Positions 38,618-51,267 of a stretch of DNA of 64,000 nucleotides are shown piece by piece. The translations under genes and the position numbers were made by a program. The notes beneath the pieces were generated by a model. The model had not been told where the DNA came from, did not search any database, and saw only the letters and a program-made list of their open reading frames with translations. Source of the DNA: Fistulifera solaris (lineage: Eukaryota); NCBI GenBank assembly GCA_030295235.1, contig AP026130.1:558001-622000 (forward strand), read 5' to 3'. Every line of letters begins with the position of its first letter. Within the stretch, counting starts at the first letter, position 1.

Positions 38618-39443
38618 TAACTGTATAAATTGGAGACTCGGGTCCAATGCTAGTTCATATAATTAATAACAACATCACAACAAACACAAAAGCTTGCTAT
38701 TATTATCGAAACTTTAATACGACGATAGGATTCGCTCACAAATGAGGCTAAGATTGTTGCAGAAGTTCGTCCCTTTCAAAACGTGGGTTCGACATACACG
38801 TCAAAAGTAAGATGTTTTTGAAATAGCATCGGAAGTTCATCACCATGAGCCATAGCTCAGTCTCTAGAGACGTTGACATTCGGGATTCGATAATGTGGTT
38901 GACGACGAACGACGGACTGATGTCGGGGTGTCAGAAATTGATTGGCACTCGAAAGAACTCTCGCTATGCGCTGTAGGATGAAAGTGTAGGCGTTTCATGT
39001 GTGAGAGTACATTATCGAGTCCCGCGGACATTTCTCATTCTACCCAGAGTACTTTCGGTCACAGTCTTTGCAATTGCGTCAGATCACATCATGAAATCTC
39101 GAACCGAGAACAGCATCTTCCACATCAACCATCAACCAGCTTTTACCGGCTATGTCTCCAAAATGCTGCTTCAACGTTTTATGCAAACAAAGTTCATTTG
39201 AAGTGCCTAAACAATTTGATTCATCATTGAGGACTCGCTTAAGTACTTGCTGTAGCTGCAGAAATGTGTATATCCATGAATAACCTCGGAAGCGACTGCC
39301 AACTGCGGACACAAGCGTGCCGCACGCGTTCTCGTGAAAGTATGTCGGTCAAATCCTTTACCAACCGTGGACGTGAAATTGCCTTGGCGATACTTTCTCT
39401 GGCTCTTTTGCAAATAATGTAGAAGAATGGCTCTTATTGAAAA

Positions 39444-40910
39444 ATGAGCAGAGACGTCACATTCGCCATCGCTGGTAGTTGCTTTGATTCTACTTTTCGC
39501 GGTGAAGATAAAAGTCGTTCGAACTTGGATGAATCAAGTATCCAAGACAACGACATCGGCACTATCGAGTGTCACTTCACTGGAGACATTGTCAAGGATC
39601 CGAAGTTCCGTCAATCGATCGATGAATTCGTCTTCGATGCGTCTTTTTACACTGGCGTCCAAATGTTCACCCTTTCATGCGAATGATCGTAAACATTGCC
39701 TGTCTACAGGGGATTGCTTCCTTTCACATGATGATACCGGAAAGCTATTATTATCAGATATCAAAGAAGTATTCCTATTCTCAGCGATGCTGAATCGAGC
39801 CCAGACCGATAAAAGCTCGTCGGGGCGTCGTGCTTGCGTACAAAAGGCCCTCGACTCGGTGGAGGCTGCCATTGCATTTTCCCGAGGACCGAATGCGAGA
39901 ACCGCGCTTTTACAAAACGACAACAACACTCTTACATTTGGCGACATGGATGCTCTAGCCTTTATTGCGGCGTGTCGGATCTTTGCGGAATGGAGGAGCA
40001 TACGTTTAGTACCCGACGGATACCCACGATACGCCATGGGGATGGGCGTGGCGCGCCGTGATTTACTGCAAAACTTGGGAAAGGTAGAGAAAGCAATTCA
40101 TGATTATATGGAGAAAAACTCGAGCACTGATAACGTCGGTAGAACACCGACGTTGCGCCAGCTGATGCGCCACGAAATTAGTCGGAATATGCACTCGAAG
40201 CTTCCGCGTCTTACCGACCGATCCGGAGCCAACGGGCTTTTATGGACCATTCGACAAGTTAGATACCAGACTCTGATTTTCTCTAATCTACGACAGACTC
40301 CTTTTCTTTTCCAGACTCCAAAGCCGCAAATCAAGCAGCTTATCATGCAACATACGACAAGTACCACGGCTTTTTCACACGCCAAGTCTTTCAAGCCACC
40401 TTCGATGTGGCTCCACACGCCGACATTGTCATGGAGCATATGAATTTAAGCGCTCCGGAAGATCTTTTCTGTGTTGAAAGCGCTACCCAAGCAGAATCGA
40501 TGGAGGCCGAGTCTATCAACGAGAACGGCAATGAACCTGAAGATACATGGATCCACCTGGATCTCGAAACGACAGAGCGACAACCCAACACGGACGATGA
40601 TTTAGAGCCACATCGTTTTGTAGATGTACCGACAAGGACGAAACCTCAGCACCCTTTGGAGCGTTTCGGAAATCACTTACAAGTTGAGTGGAACCGAATG
40701 ATCAGCCAATGTGCAGGAATGACGGAACAACCTGGTCTGAATGACTCGCTTCATCCGTCGGTAATTGTCGATGCACCACTGCGCCGAGAAGCTTCCTTCA
40801 AGCTTGCGGATGTGCAGTTTTGTTCTTTTATCGACTTTATGCAGCCTCTCCTCCATGATTTAGACAATATGATGGAGGAACTGAACATGAACGACCCGAG
40901 TCGAGTCTAA
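39444..40910 (+). CDS. GLTP-fold protein with N-terminal hydrophobic anchor (paralog 2)
   Basis: DALAFIAACRIFAEWR, RDLLQNLGK, LPRL, GLLWTIRQ, AY-x2-TYDKYHGFF and C-terminal LNMNDPSRV are all collinear with paralog 1. Frameshift at about 40321. The start is ambiguous: ATG 39444 with a frameshift near 39484, or ATG 39427 with an in-frame TGA. Confidence 0.75.
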
Positions 40911-41016
40911 ATTGTACAACATACCGAAAACTTGATCACTAGACATAAACAAGAATAAAAAGAGTATAACTCTAGTCATTCTATTGCCTACGTTTGCTCA
41001 GAATATCTCACACAAC

Positions 41017-42328
41017 CTAAGCTTCTTGACTTTTTCGTTTTTGACGGTCCATCATCACTTGTTGCCATTTTTCCATTTTGCGCATTTGATGTTCTTCTTT
41101 TTCTTTCGCACGACGTTGCATCCAACCCACCAATCCATTCGACTCGACTTCGTCCGGTGCCTTTCCGGCAATATCCTTGGCCGTCAATTGTACGGGACGG
41201 GTGACGGTAGTACTGCTCACCGCCTCGGCGGGCAATTCCGGTGCCGGCAATTGATTCCGGGGCGCCAAGCCCCCAATCCGCGACTGGATTGTTGCAGACG
41301 ATCGTAACGAATCAAATTGATGCGTCGTTCAATTTCGTCGGCAATCTGATCGGAATCCATCCCGTGATATTGTCGCAATAGCGTAGGAATGTCACCGTAA
41401 TTTTCCCGCGCAATTTCAATCAAGAAGGGTGTAATGCGTTCCAACGCATTGTCGGTGCGATCGGACGGATCCGTGTAGGGTTTGATGGGAATGACATTGT
41501 AGGGATGGAATTGAACTTCTTCGGGATCATCGTCGAGAACGACAATGCGATTGACGTTCCGATTCAATCGATCCAAGTCTTTGATGTAAACACCGTTTTT
41601 GTAGACCGTAGCGTCTCGATAAAGCCGATGCATGATACAACCTTCTTTGTCTAACGATGTGACGACCGGATCGGCCATGCCGTCGATGCTGGGCGAAAAG
41701 AGGACAATTTCGTAATACATGGCCATCGTCCTTAAAAATTGATCGACTCCGGGTCGTTTGGCGTGACGATAGCCGTATTTACGATCCCACGTAGAACTGA
41801 CCAAGGTATTGTCAAGATCAATCACCAGTGTATGCGGGACGGGAATATCGTGTGGCACATTCGGCATCTGGAGAACGAGTGTGAGGTACATGGCTATTGG
41901 GGATGACAGCTGTTGTTACAGCCTTTTCCGGCTACCATTTAAATAAGACTTACTTGTGACCAGTCGGGCAATAACTTGTCGTATTGTGGGACCGCCATTT
42001 CTTCGAATTTGTTCCGGATCCAACCGGCCAATCCCATCGCTTCGGCCAACCGCGCCGGAGGACTGTCTTCGTCTTGGACGGCCCACGTGATGATGGCAGT
42101 CGGCACCAACAAACCAACATACCACAGCCAACGTGATCCCGCCACGCGATTGTGCCATTTCGTTGTTTCCACTTGTTGTGTAGTGGATTGTTCTTGCTGT
42201 TGCAACAATTGACGCCCGCGTTCGCGACGAGCGGCGCGGAGTGCGGCTCGTTCGGCGGCGGTAATGTTGGTAGGACGCGTAATGGCGGTCGTGAACTGCG
42301 CGCGGCTCACTCTTGTAAAAGATAACAT
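41017..42328 (-). CDS. TIM50: Mitochondrial import inner membrane translocase subunit TIM50
   Basis: Arg-rich presequence, TM, KLLPDW, TLVIDLDNTLV-x3-WDRKYGYRHAKRPGVDQFL, YYEIVLFS, IKDLDRLNR (NIF/FCP1-like domain). Intron 41868-41953. Frameshift at about 41272. Confidence 0.92.
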
Positions 42329-43054
42329 TGCTTACACTGAATGAAGTATGAGAGGAGTGATGGAATGGGATATAAGAATATGCCTTTCTTTCGAAGGAAT
42401 GAGAAGCAGAGGATGAGTTTTTGTGTTTGTCGTTCTGTTAATTGCGGACGGAGGACGGGCGAACGCTGGAGGAAAGCGCGATTGTCCGAAATCTTGAAGG
42501 TTGGCGAATGTATTCACTCTTCACTCCGAGATTAGATAATTCACTTATGTTAACATGATCAAATGAAGTCATGAATAGGTTGCAAATAGCTAGCCAAACA
42601 AACCAAGCTATCAGTCTGGCGCGGCCGGCAAAATATTGATTCATGACTGAAATCCAGTCGTGGCGAAAAGTAATCTACATTAAGGGCTATAGTAAAATAA
42701 AGGACCATGGTTTTGCCAAGGATTTCGGACACAAGGAACCGAGGCAGTCGTTGCACATGCTGGTAAATATGAAATAATATTCTGATGTATTAATTAAAAG
42801 CTACCAAGGCCAGCAGAACAAGCGTGTAAGGTAGCCGTTTTCCAAATAATACAAAGCACAATCACAATTCGTGACTGCACTTTCATGGGATTCATCGATA
42901 ACCGTTCCGACGCAGTCTCTTTCGATCCGGTTCGGGTGAAATCTTTTGCTCTGTCTGTCACACGCACGGGCGACGACCATGACGGGAAAAATAAGCGCGT
43001 TGCATTCTTTACTTTTGTGCTTGTGCTTTGCATTATTCATTCTCTATCTAAACC

Positions 43055-43906
43055 ATGGCACGACGTTACGATTCATCGACAACTACATTCTCACCGGAAG
43101 GTCGTCTTCATCAGGTGAGCGAACGCGCGAAAGGTTGCAAATTATCCTAATGTTCTTCTCACTCTTCGGGTGATTCAGGTCGAATACGCCATTGAAACCA
43201 TCAATAACTCCGGCGCCTGCGTCGGATTACTCGCCAAAGATGGGATTGTCATGGCCAGTGAACGTCGTTTGACTTCGGGATTGTTGGCACCGGCCAAACG
43301 GTCCGACAAGACGTTTTGTTTGGCGTCGCACGCCGCGTGCAATGTCGCGGGCTTGACGGCGGATGCCAATTTACTCATGGACGAAGCCCGGTATCAAGCC
43401 GGCTATTATCAATACACGTACCAAGAACCGATTCCCATTGAACAATTGGTCGAAATTGTGTGCAATTACAAGCAGTATTACACGCAACGGGGTGGTTTGC
43501 GTCCGTTCGGTGTCGCCTTTTGTTTGGTGGGTACGATGAATTTCACGGTTTTCAATTGTATCAAACGGATCCCAGTGGCAATTACAGTGGATGGAAAGCT
43601 ACCGTGATTGGTGCAAACAATCAGGCGGGCAAGTCGTTGTTGAAGAGTGAATACGGAAAAGCGGGAGACGACATGAATGACGAGGAAGAGCGTCTGCCCA
43701 CGGTCCAAGAAGCCTTGCAACTCGCGGTCAAGGTACTCAATAAGACGATGGATGGGACTGGTGCGGCGGCCGTGGAGAAGATGGAATTGTTTACCATGAC
43801 CTTGGATGCGGATCAAAACGTCGTGCATCATATTTTGACCAAGGCGGAGACCCAAGCCGTCATTGATTCGGTCGAACAAGAGACCGCCGCTGCGGGTGAT
43901 GCTTAA
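43055..43906 (+). CDS. PSMA4: 20S proteasome subunit alpha type-4 (alpha3/Pre9)
   Basis: Motifs: [63 protein letters not shown]. Intron 43115-43178. Frameshift at about 43519. Confidence 0.95.
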
Positions 43907-44005
43907 ACTAGATGACGCATTTCTTTGTTTGGAGCTTTTTGATTGTGTTTTCTATGTATTTTGATTTTTGTGTATGTGCTGTGTAGCGCGATCTTTTTGT
44001 TTTAT

Positions 44006-44971
44006 TTACTCATCGTCCCGAACATCCGCATCATTCATACGACCATCTTCATCATCACCGACAGCAACAGAGGAACGACGTCCTATCAAAATGGGTTCGT
44101 GGGGGTCCTCGACGGATCCTCGTGACGTTATCCCGACCTCACCACCCGACGGATACCGCACACATAGGATACCTTGAATCAAACCCAGTGTCAATCCCAA
44201 CCCATTGGGGACATAAATCATCGGATCATTGCGCACAAATCCACCGTACAGAATCCAGAAACTGGTATTGACATAATTCATAAACAAAGTCGGTCGATGA
44301 ATGGAGTCAGATCGTTTTGTTAACAAGACGGTCTGGAGACTTTGCAACGGAGCACTGTAAAAGACGACCAAATTCAAATTGACCAACAAACCAATCACCG
44401 TCGCGGGTGCCGCCAACTTCCAACCACCCATCCATTGCATCACCACAATGGTACAAGCCCATACAATAACAATGCGCAAAAGTTGCGTTCAATCGGAACC
44501 AAGATCATTTCGTTCTCACATTCACTGGCTTGTACGATTGTGTCATCGCTCACATGGTTCCTGCTTTCCGCAGTACGATGTCGCATACGTTCCGCATATT
44601 GCAACTTGGCGGCACCCATATTGAGCCATAAACTCAATACCAAACCGGGAACATTGGCGGCCAAGACAAAGGGATCGTTCGTATAGTGTGCGTACACGAC
44701 CCAACCCAAACAGTTTCCCGTCATGAACGGCCACGGAAAGGGATTCAACGTTTTGAGTGATCCGGCTTGTAGTGCCGTCCGTAAATCACGAATGGGGGCT
44801 ATAAGTATCAAACCACATGGATGAGTGATTGATATTATTAAAAAAAAAGAGAACAGAAAGATACTCAGAGGGTAATAGGTGAAACTCACCCGCAAACATC
44901 AGCGTCGCCATCAAGACGCCCATGCAGGGCGAGAAATATTGAAGAAAGTAGTAAGCGAAGGAATGAGGCAT
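44006..44971 (-). CDS. SWEET/MtN3 family sugar transporter
   Basis: Two MtN3 repeats: MFAAPI...LNPFPWPFMTGNCLGWVVY...AANVPG, and FYSAPLQSL...SDSI...NTSFWILYG...DPMIYVPNGLG. Intron 44799-44889. Frameshift at about 44479. Confidence 0.9.
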
Positions 44972-45166
44972 TATGAGATAGTTAAAGTGATGGAAGATGT
45001 TTAACAAAGTATAATGAAGAGAAAGAAAAAACGAATGAGGGAGCGCGCACTTATTGAGTTTGTTTTTTGTGACTTTTTTTTCGAAATGTTTCTTTTCACG
45101 TTTTGAAAATGTCGCAGTGTGCACTGCGCTAGGTCTGCCATCGCACAAAGATTTCGAAGTTATCCT

Positions 45167-46112
45167 TTAGCCCCCGCGCGCTCCCGACGACCAATCCGAT
45201 TGTCCTTTCCAGATCATGTAATCTTCGACACAGGCACCCGGAACGCGCAATTCACGGCAGCACGGTTGGCACAACAACCGATGGCCCAAGGATTCTTCAC
45301 AGGTGGTCGAAGTCACGACGGTGGCCGTTTGATTGCGACAGGCCTCGCAGTCCACCGCTAAAGCAAACGATGGACTCCAAATATCATGAAGGAGCGGGTA
45401 TGGTAAAGGCTGTTTGGGACTAATCTTGCGATCCACTAAATACATGGAGCATTCGACGTCACCGTGACACACATGAACGTAGCGTACTCCCAATCGCAAT
45501 TCCAAGTCTTGCAAAGCAACCGCTTGCATGGGTCTCGCGTAGATTGGGACATCCGTCAAACCCAAAAACGTTCGTCGGGCTACCGACTCGGGTTCGGAGA
45601 AGAGCCATGCTAAAATGGGGGTAATGTAATCAACCTGTCCTACTCCATAAAACGTTCCTTCCAGAAAGAAAAAAGCCCGAATCAACCGCTTCTGATCGCG
45701 CACGATTCCATAAACGATCGTCCGCTAACTCTATAATAGCTCGATGTACATCAAATAATGTTTGTGTGCCCAAAAATTCCATCACCATACGGTTCGGTTC
45801 CACCGCACCGAATCGTCCCGGAAGTCTTCGCCAACATTCCAGGCATACCGTAGAAACGTGTTGCGCAGAGTCCGAAGGACGTAAACCATGACGATCTTTT
45901 CTTCGCAATCGAGCTAAAGCGTGTCCATCAATTCGCGAGTAGTCTCGAAATCCTTGACGGATTTCTTGCAGAACGTGTTGTGTCCGGGAAAGCGCATGGT
46001 CGCGTCGTGTCACTTCGGAAGCACGAGGCACTGCCGCAAACAATTCCCACAACGCGCGTTCGTACGACAAATGCACGGACGGATCTTCCAACGACACGAC
46101 TCGATCTCCTGG

Positions 46113-46146
<34 letters not shown>

Positions 46147-46448
46147 GAGTAGGGATTCTGTGGATGCGTGGTGGTGTAATCGAAATGATCCGGCAAACGA
46201 ACGTGATTCTCGTACCAAGTCGGATTTGTTTCGTGGGATACTTTGCGTTCTTCCAATTGTTCCCACTTCTGCAAAGCTTCCGCAACAACTTGTTCGGCGA
46301 CGACCGGCAACGGTGGTATCGCAATATTCGAACAATCAAATGGATCATCCTCGTCGTTTGTGTTTTGTGTCGTTGGATAACTGGCTTGTCGTTGCAATAA
46401 AAGTTGCCACTCCTGTTCGAATTGCTTTAAGGATATCTTTTCGTTCAT
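45167..46448 (-). CDS. SNAPC3: snRNA-activating protein complex subunit 3 (SNAP50)-like
   Basis: FLGTQTL, SGFFFLEGTFY, DLELRLGVRYVHVCHGDVEC, CEAC and LCQPC fit the zf-SNAP50_C pattern, though divergent. Frameshift at about 45671. Confidence 0.75.
46113..46145 (+). repeat. (GTC)11 microsatellite encoding poly-Asp in SNAPC3
   Basis: A perfect 33-nt trinucleotide run that reads D11 on the minus strand. Confidence 0.95.
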
Positions 46449-47163
46449 GATGGTATTGTCATGGTTGCGTTCCTTTCATTGCTCAGGATACGAAAGAGTC
46501 GACCTGTAATGACGCTGCTCACAAACAACTCCGTTCGACGTGTACCGAAAATTGCGCGTAAAGCCCACTGATCAGGTGATGATACCAGCGAGTTGCAAGT
46601 AATAAAGAGACAAAATGTCAAAACGCTTTCAAGGTTTTGTCAATGAAATGCAAAAGTTGAAGAATTCAATGGAAGCACAAGAAGCAAAAAAAATTGAAGG
46701 GATGTCATTCGTCCTTCGTTGACGGACGGTGTGCAGTCGCTCCGAAGCTCGACCCATTTTACCGTTGTTGAACGGTTATGTGTCACCAATAGAGAGCCAA
46801 TGATTTCGCTAAATAGAAATCTCAACGGTTAAGAAATTAGTCTTTTGATAGATTATAGTACATCGGGATTTGTTCGTTTCATCTAAGACCGAAAACAGAA
46901 GAAATGTACTCCGACCAGCCGTACGCGCGCACGGTACACACCAAGCCAGACCGTTTTCTGCACTCTGTACTTTAAAGTACTATTTGAATGCGAAGCTCGG
47001 AACGGGCCATGTGAACGGGACTGACACGATGCATGGAAGACGGAGAACGTTTTGGCCACGCGATGAGGCTTTTTTTACAACACTGTTTCTCGAAGAGATC
47101 GTTTCAATTTATTCATTCATACATAACATCCTCGGGAAAAGAATTTACTTACTGAATAACAAC

Positions 47164-48193
47164 ATGTCAACAGAAGAAGAAACAACCGCAAAGAGCGTTT
47201 CCATAGCGGAGGACGCTACGCAACCGACCGCAGCCAAGAAGCCGCTCGAAATGCGACGATTGTCGACAATTTCGCGACGTTATGACCGTGACGGCAAGGG
47301 ATATTTAGACGAAACCGAGCAAGCTTTGCGTCGAATGGATACACAGAATCAAGGGTTCTTGGGGATGGATAAAATCTACGGCATTGTGGAGGAACTGCAC
47401 GCACAAGAACAGCGTAATTCCGCGCTCATTGAGGATTTGCGGACCGAGGCCAAGGCGAATTCGAGTTTGCGAAAAGGAATCTTTTGTTGTGTGTTTTCAC
47501 CGTCTTTTGACCATATCGAACATTGGAACCAGTTTGGCGGCGGCCAGGTTAGCGAAAGACACGCAGGTTTCCTACTACAACGATTTGCAAAGCTCGGAGA
47601 GTGGCGTGCGATTGGGAACGACTCCGAAAGACGTCATGGTTCAGATGAATCCGGTTTCCGAGGAGCTCCGCATGCGCCGTAGCCGACATTTACAAGCCGC
47701 GTCGGACGTGATGTGCCCCAACGTTACCGCAGCGAATGCTGCCATCCATAATTCTACCATTCATTGCGAGCTCAGCGGAACGATGGGTTCGGCGGAAGCG
47801 GCGCGACTGTACGAACTCTTCTGCCCCGGGTACAAGACCAGCGGGTACTGCACAGGAAATGGCGTCAGTAAGATCAATTTGAACTGCCAGGGTCACCTGT
47901 CCACCCTCTTTGGTGGGTCACAGCTTCCCCCTACTCCTCCCGTTTCGTTTGATGGTATGACTGCCTACCCAACCAGCGGAAAGGGATACGTGGGAGAGGC
48001 AGCTGTCTTCTTGTTCGGGCGTTTACTTCCATGCATTCAGGAGTTTTCTGTTGGTCTTTACTGCCCAGATGAGCCGGTGGTTATGGACAGCGGTGAACTT
48101 AACGATGACTGCATGATGTTCCTGTCTTGGGAACCAGGAACATGTCTTGGAACAGTAGAGCTCTGCGGAGAACCTTCAGATAGCTCTGTTTAG
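47164..48193 (+). CDS. Uncharacterised single-pass membrane protein: EF-hand-like N-terminus, coiled coil, TM, RXL motif, Cys-rich C-terminus
   Basis: Loops DRDGKGYLDETE and DTQNQGFLGMD. TM IFLLCVFTVFLTISNIGTSLAAA is restored across frameshift(s) at 47482-47509. Then LAKDT, RSRHLQ and about 10 Cys. Confidence 0.65.
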
Positions 48194-48593
48194 AAGGCTA
48201 AAACATTCAGCTACATTAGTATGCATCTCAATCCGCTTAGAGTGCGGTATCTAAAGATGATCCCTCGAGTAATTCACTTTGGAATCAACTACATATAAAA
48301 TATTCAAGAACTAAGCCTCTAGATTATAGAATATTGAGCTACTTGGAAGAAGTTATATTAAAAAATGAAGCATGTAGCTATGGTCGGAAGCCGGAATGGA
48401 TTTATTTTTATCCTTATACTCCTTAGTTTCTTTGGTGACGTCACAATTCTTTGCCGATCATTTTTTGCCACCGCCAAAAATTTGACGATTCTTCTTCGTT
48501 CATCGTCATTCTTTCATAACAACAAGCTCAGCAAACGCAGCCAAAGACTTTCGCCGCTCTAGCATATTACATTGCCTTAATATTACAAGGAGC

Positions 48594-49566
48594 ATGCTGC
48601 AACCGCTCGATTCCGAAAAAGCGAAAAAGGAAAAAGAGGAGTCTCACGAGGATGATGCGCTTCGTCGTAAGCGTCGGGCGGACGAATTCCGTAGAACCTT
48701 TTCCGTGTGGAAATTTGTAGACCCGAAACAACCGTGGATATTGGTGGAGAATGGCTCTTTTTTAGGGTTTTTCGACTGGCTGCCAGAACACTTCCGGATC
48801 GGACCTTGGTCGATTTCGGCGTTAGCTCTCTTATTCACGATCGCGTACCTCATACTCTTAGCCGGAGTCTATTTTACAACCCCGCACAGTCAGCCTTGGT
48901 TTCCGAATAGCGACATTTATCACGGATCCGTTGTTGACATGTACCCAGATGCCTGGTCAGCACCGTGGTATTATCACTCGTTCGGCTTGCTTTGGATGAT
49001 CTTCATAATTTATGTGATTTATACCGGCCCGACTGGTCCTCGTGCTTGGTGCACGTACACCGTGCAGTCTTGGACGCTGTTGACGTTTCGACATGGATTA
49101 TGTGTCCTGGCACCTTGGTCGTCGACCGCCGCCAGTGTGGCGGAGTGGACCCGTTTTCCGGCGGCTTGTTCCGCCACCGTCACCTTCTTTGTCTGGAATT
49201 TTGCGGTGTTCCCTTCCGTATACCTTTTCTTCCTCAAAGACCCTGAGCACAAGAGAAATTTCTTTAAGTTCTGCACAAGCTTCCGGATGCTCAACATTCA
49301 TTTTGCCAATATTGTGCTTGCTGCAATCAATTGTGGGCCTTGGGCATCCCCGCGCCGTCGATTGGTATGGATGGATCTTTATGTGTCGATGGTGTCGATT
49401 CTAATCTACATGGGGCTTTACTTGCTGATATTCGATCGTCTGGGGATTCACATGTATCCTTTGTTTTCGCCGAGGACCAGCATGGTTCTTCCGGCTTGGA
49501 CTTCTCTTCTGGGTGTGTACCTCCTCACTTTTTTACGCATGGAGATGGATAGTGGATATTGTATAG
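48594..49566 (+). CDS. Uncharacterised polytopic membrane protein (about 7 TM)
   Basis: Long hydrophobic ORF with YTVQSW, NIHFAN and YPLFSPR motifs. A probable frameshift at about 49531 gives a stop at 49566; the uncorrected ORF ends at 49649. Confidence 0.65.
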
Positions 49567-50031
49567 TTCTCAGAGGTTATATTGCGTTCAGTCAGTCATT
49601 GCATTTTCGTACCAGTAGGCGACGAGCTTGTTTTATTATGAATGGATGAAAGGAATGAACTATTCAATATAGTTTTGCCGGATTGGATCTTTTAGGATCG
49701 GGGAAAGAATTTGAGTCACGAGGAAGCAGAAACGTGATCCACCGATAGATCGAAAGCGTCAATCTTCCTCGATTCTGATTGGCTGAAAAACGGCGAATCA
49801 CGGTGAAGTAGACATCATTTGAACGTTCCACGTTCCATTCCTGGGAAATTTTCCGTGTCCACTACAGTTTAATCAATAGTCAGGAGTTTGACTATACTCA
49901 AGACAAAGAACCCCCAGATGCCGGTGGCAAATCTTCTTCGTGTCTTTCGCTCTTCGGTTTTCTCACAAGTCCGATTGTTCGTAAAGCCACACATTTGTAG
50001 TGAGAATATCACCAATTCACGTTGCAGTTTC

Positions 50032-51267
50032 ATGACAATGGTCACAGACGATAGCCTCTCTTCCAAACGCTCCAGCTCGTCGCTAGATGGAGAATGTTCA
50101 TCCGATTCGATGGATGAGCGAGAGGACGAGAAAACGATTCCATTTTTGAGGTAAGATAGCAAGTTTGCCTCGTCCGCGCGATGTGAATGCGATAAGGCCG
50201 CCTTTGGCCGTTCCGAGTGATTCCTATTAAGTCATTCGTATGATGAATGGTTATATTGATGCAGAAAGATGAATCGGGATTGTTTTTGCCCCCAAAAGAC
50301 TCGAAGTCGATGTGATGGATCGCTCCCATCACTCGCATCCGCAAAACGAGAAAGAGAAAGCATTCCGAGCCTCATAACCTGATGTTGATGTTTTCGGCAC
50401 TGTTTCGACGATACAACATCACGAGTACCGCATTATTTTCAAATTCTTTCGCCCCGCCGACGCTTTCGTCTCCTCCTCACATCATGACTTCTTACCATTT
50501 CGAACCTTTTTTTATCACACAGACGCCTCCGTGATATGTTAGTTGAAAACAAGGATTCTATTACGTTTCAACCTGGTCGTAAGTAGTGCGATCTATACCT
50601 GATATCATGTCCATGCACCATCAACTCATGATAATTATTTGTTCTTTCTTACTATCACAGAACGGAATCAAGGTGGAAAAAATGTGCTTGGAAAGATTAT
50701 TGTTCAAGATCGGGTGACGGTTGAAGCAAAAGTTCTTCCAAAGTACTTCAACCACTCTTCGTTTGCTTCGCTTCGCCGTCAACTCAATTACTTTAGCTTT
50801 GTTCGTCTCGGGAAAGGACGACAACGGCAGTCTTCCTACGTCAACGAGAGCGTGTATGTGCTGGATGATATCTTGCTGTTGAAGCGCCGCCCAACGGGAG
50901 CAAACGCTGTACCTTCGAATGACCTCATCTTCCCCGTACTACAAACACCGGTCCCCTCTAGCGTTGAAACCGATATTTTTACCTCGAGTGTTTTTGATGA
51001 GGTGGTGCTTTCCAAGCGAACCACGAAACGGCGTCGCCTTGTGTCAAAGGGACACCTCTACTCCACGCAAAGCGTTCCATTGTGCCAGCAGGGAATTGTG
51101 TCAGCGAAGACGAACACTCAGAACCGAAATATCTGCTGGATCTGACTACTCCCGTAGAGAGCGCCGACAATGATGTTCTGGCAGGGTGCAGCGCCCTTTG
51201 CGATTGTCTTCTCAAACTTGGTTGTAAAAGCTTTTTGGAGTCGCTGCCTTCTGTACATAATATATAA
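50032..51267 (+). CDS. Heat shock factor (HSF-type DNA-binding domain) protein
   Basis: IPFLRRLRDML...VLPKYFNHSSFASLRRQLNYFSF. Introns 50151-50522 and 50579-50660 splice in frame. Frameshift within about 51040-51105. The true stop may be 51227 (ALLRLSSQTWL). Confidence 0.85.

Noticed and set aside
39427..39447. In-frame TGA after MALIEK in GLTP-2 as selenocysteine or readthrough
   Set aside because: There is no redox motif and I recognised no SECIS. An ATG at 39444 plus a 1-nt homopolymer error gives a clean hydrophobic N-terminus.
13820..40910. Sphingolipid biosynthetic gene cluster (LCB2 plus GLTPs plus ABCG)
   Set aside because: Eight unrelated genes separate LCB2 from the ABCG/GLTP block. 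Only the local ABCG-GLTP adjacency is kept as a lead.
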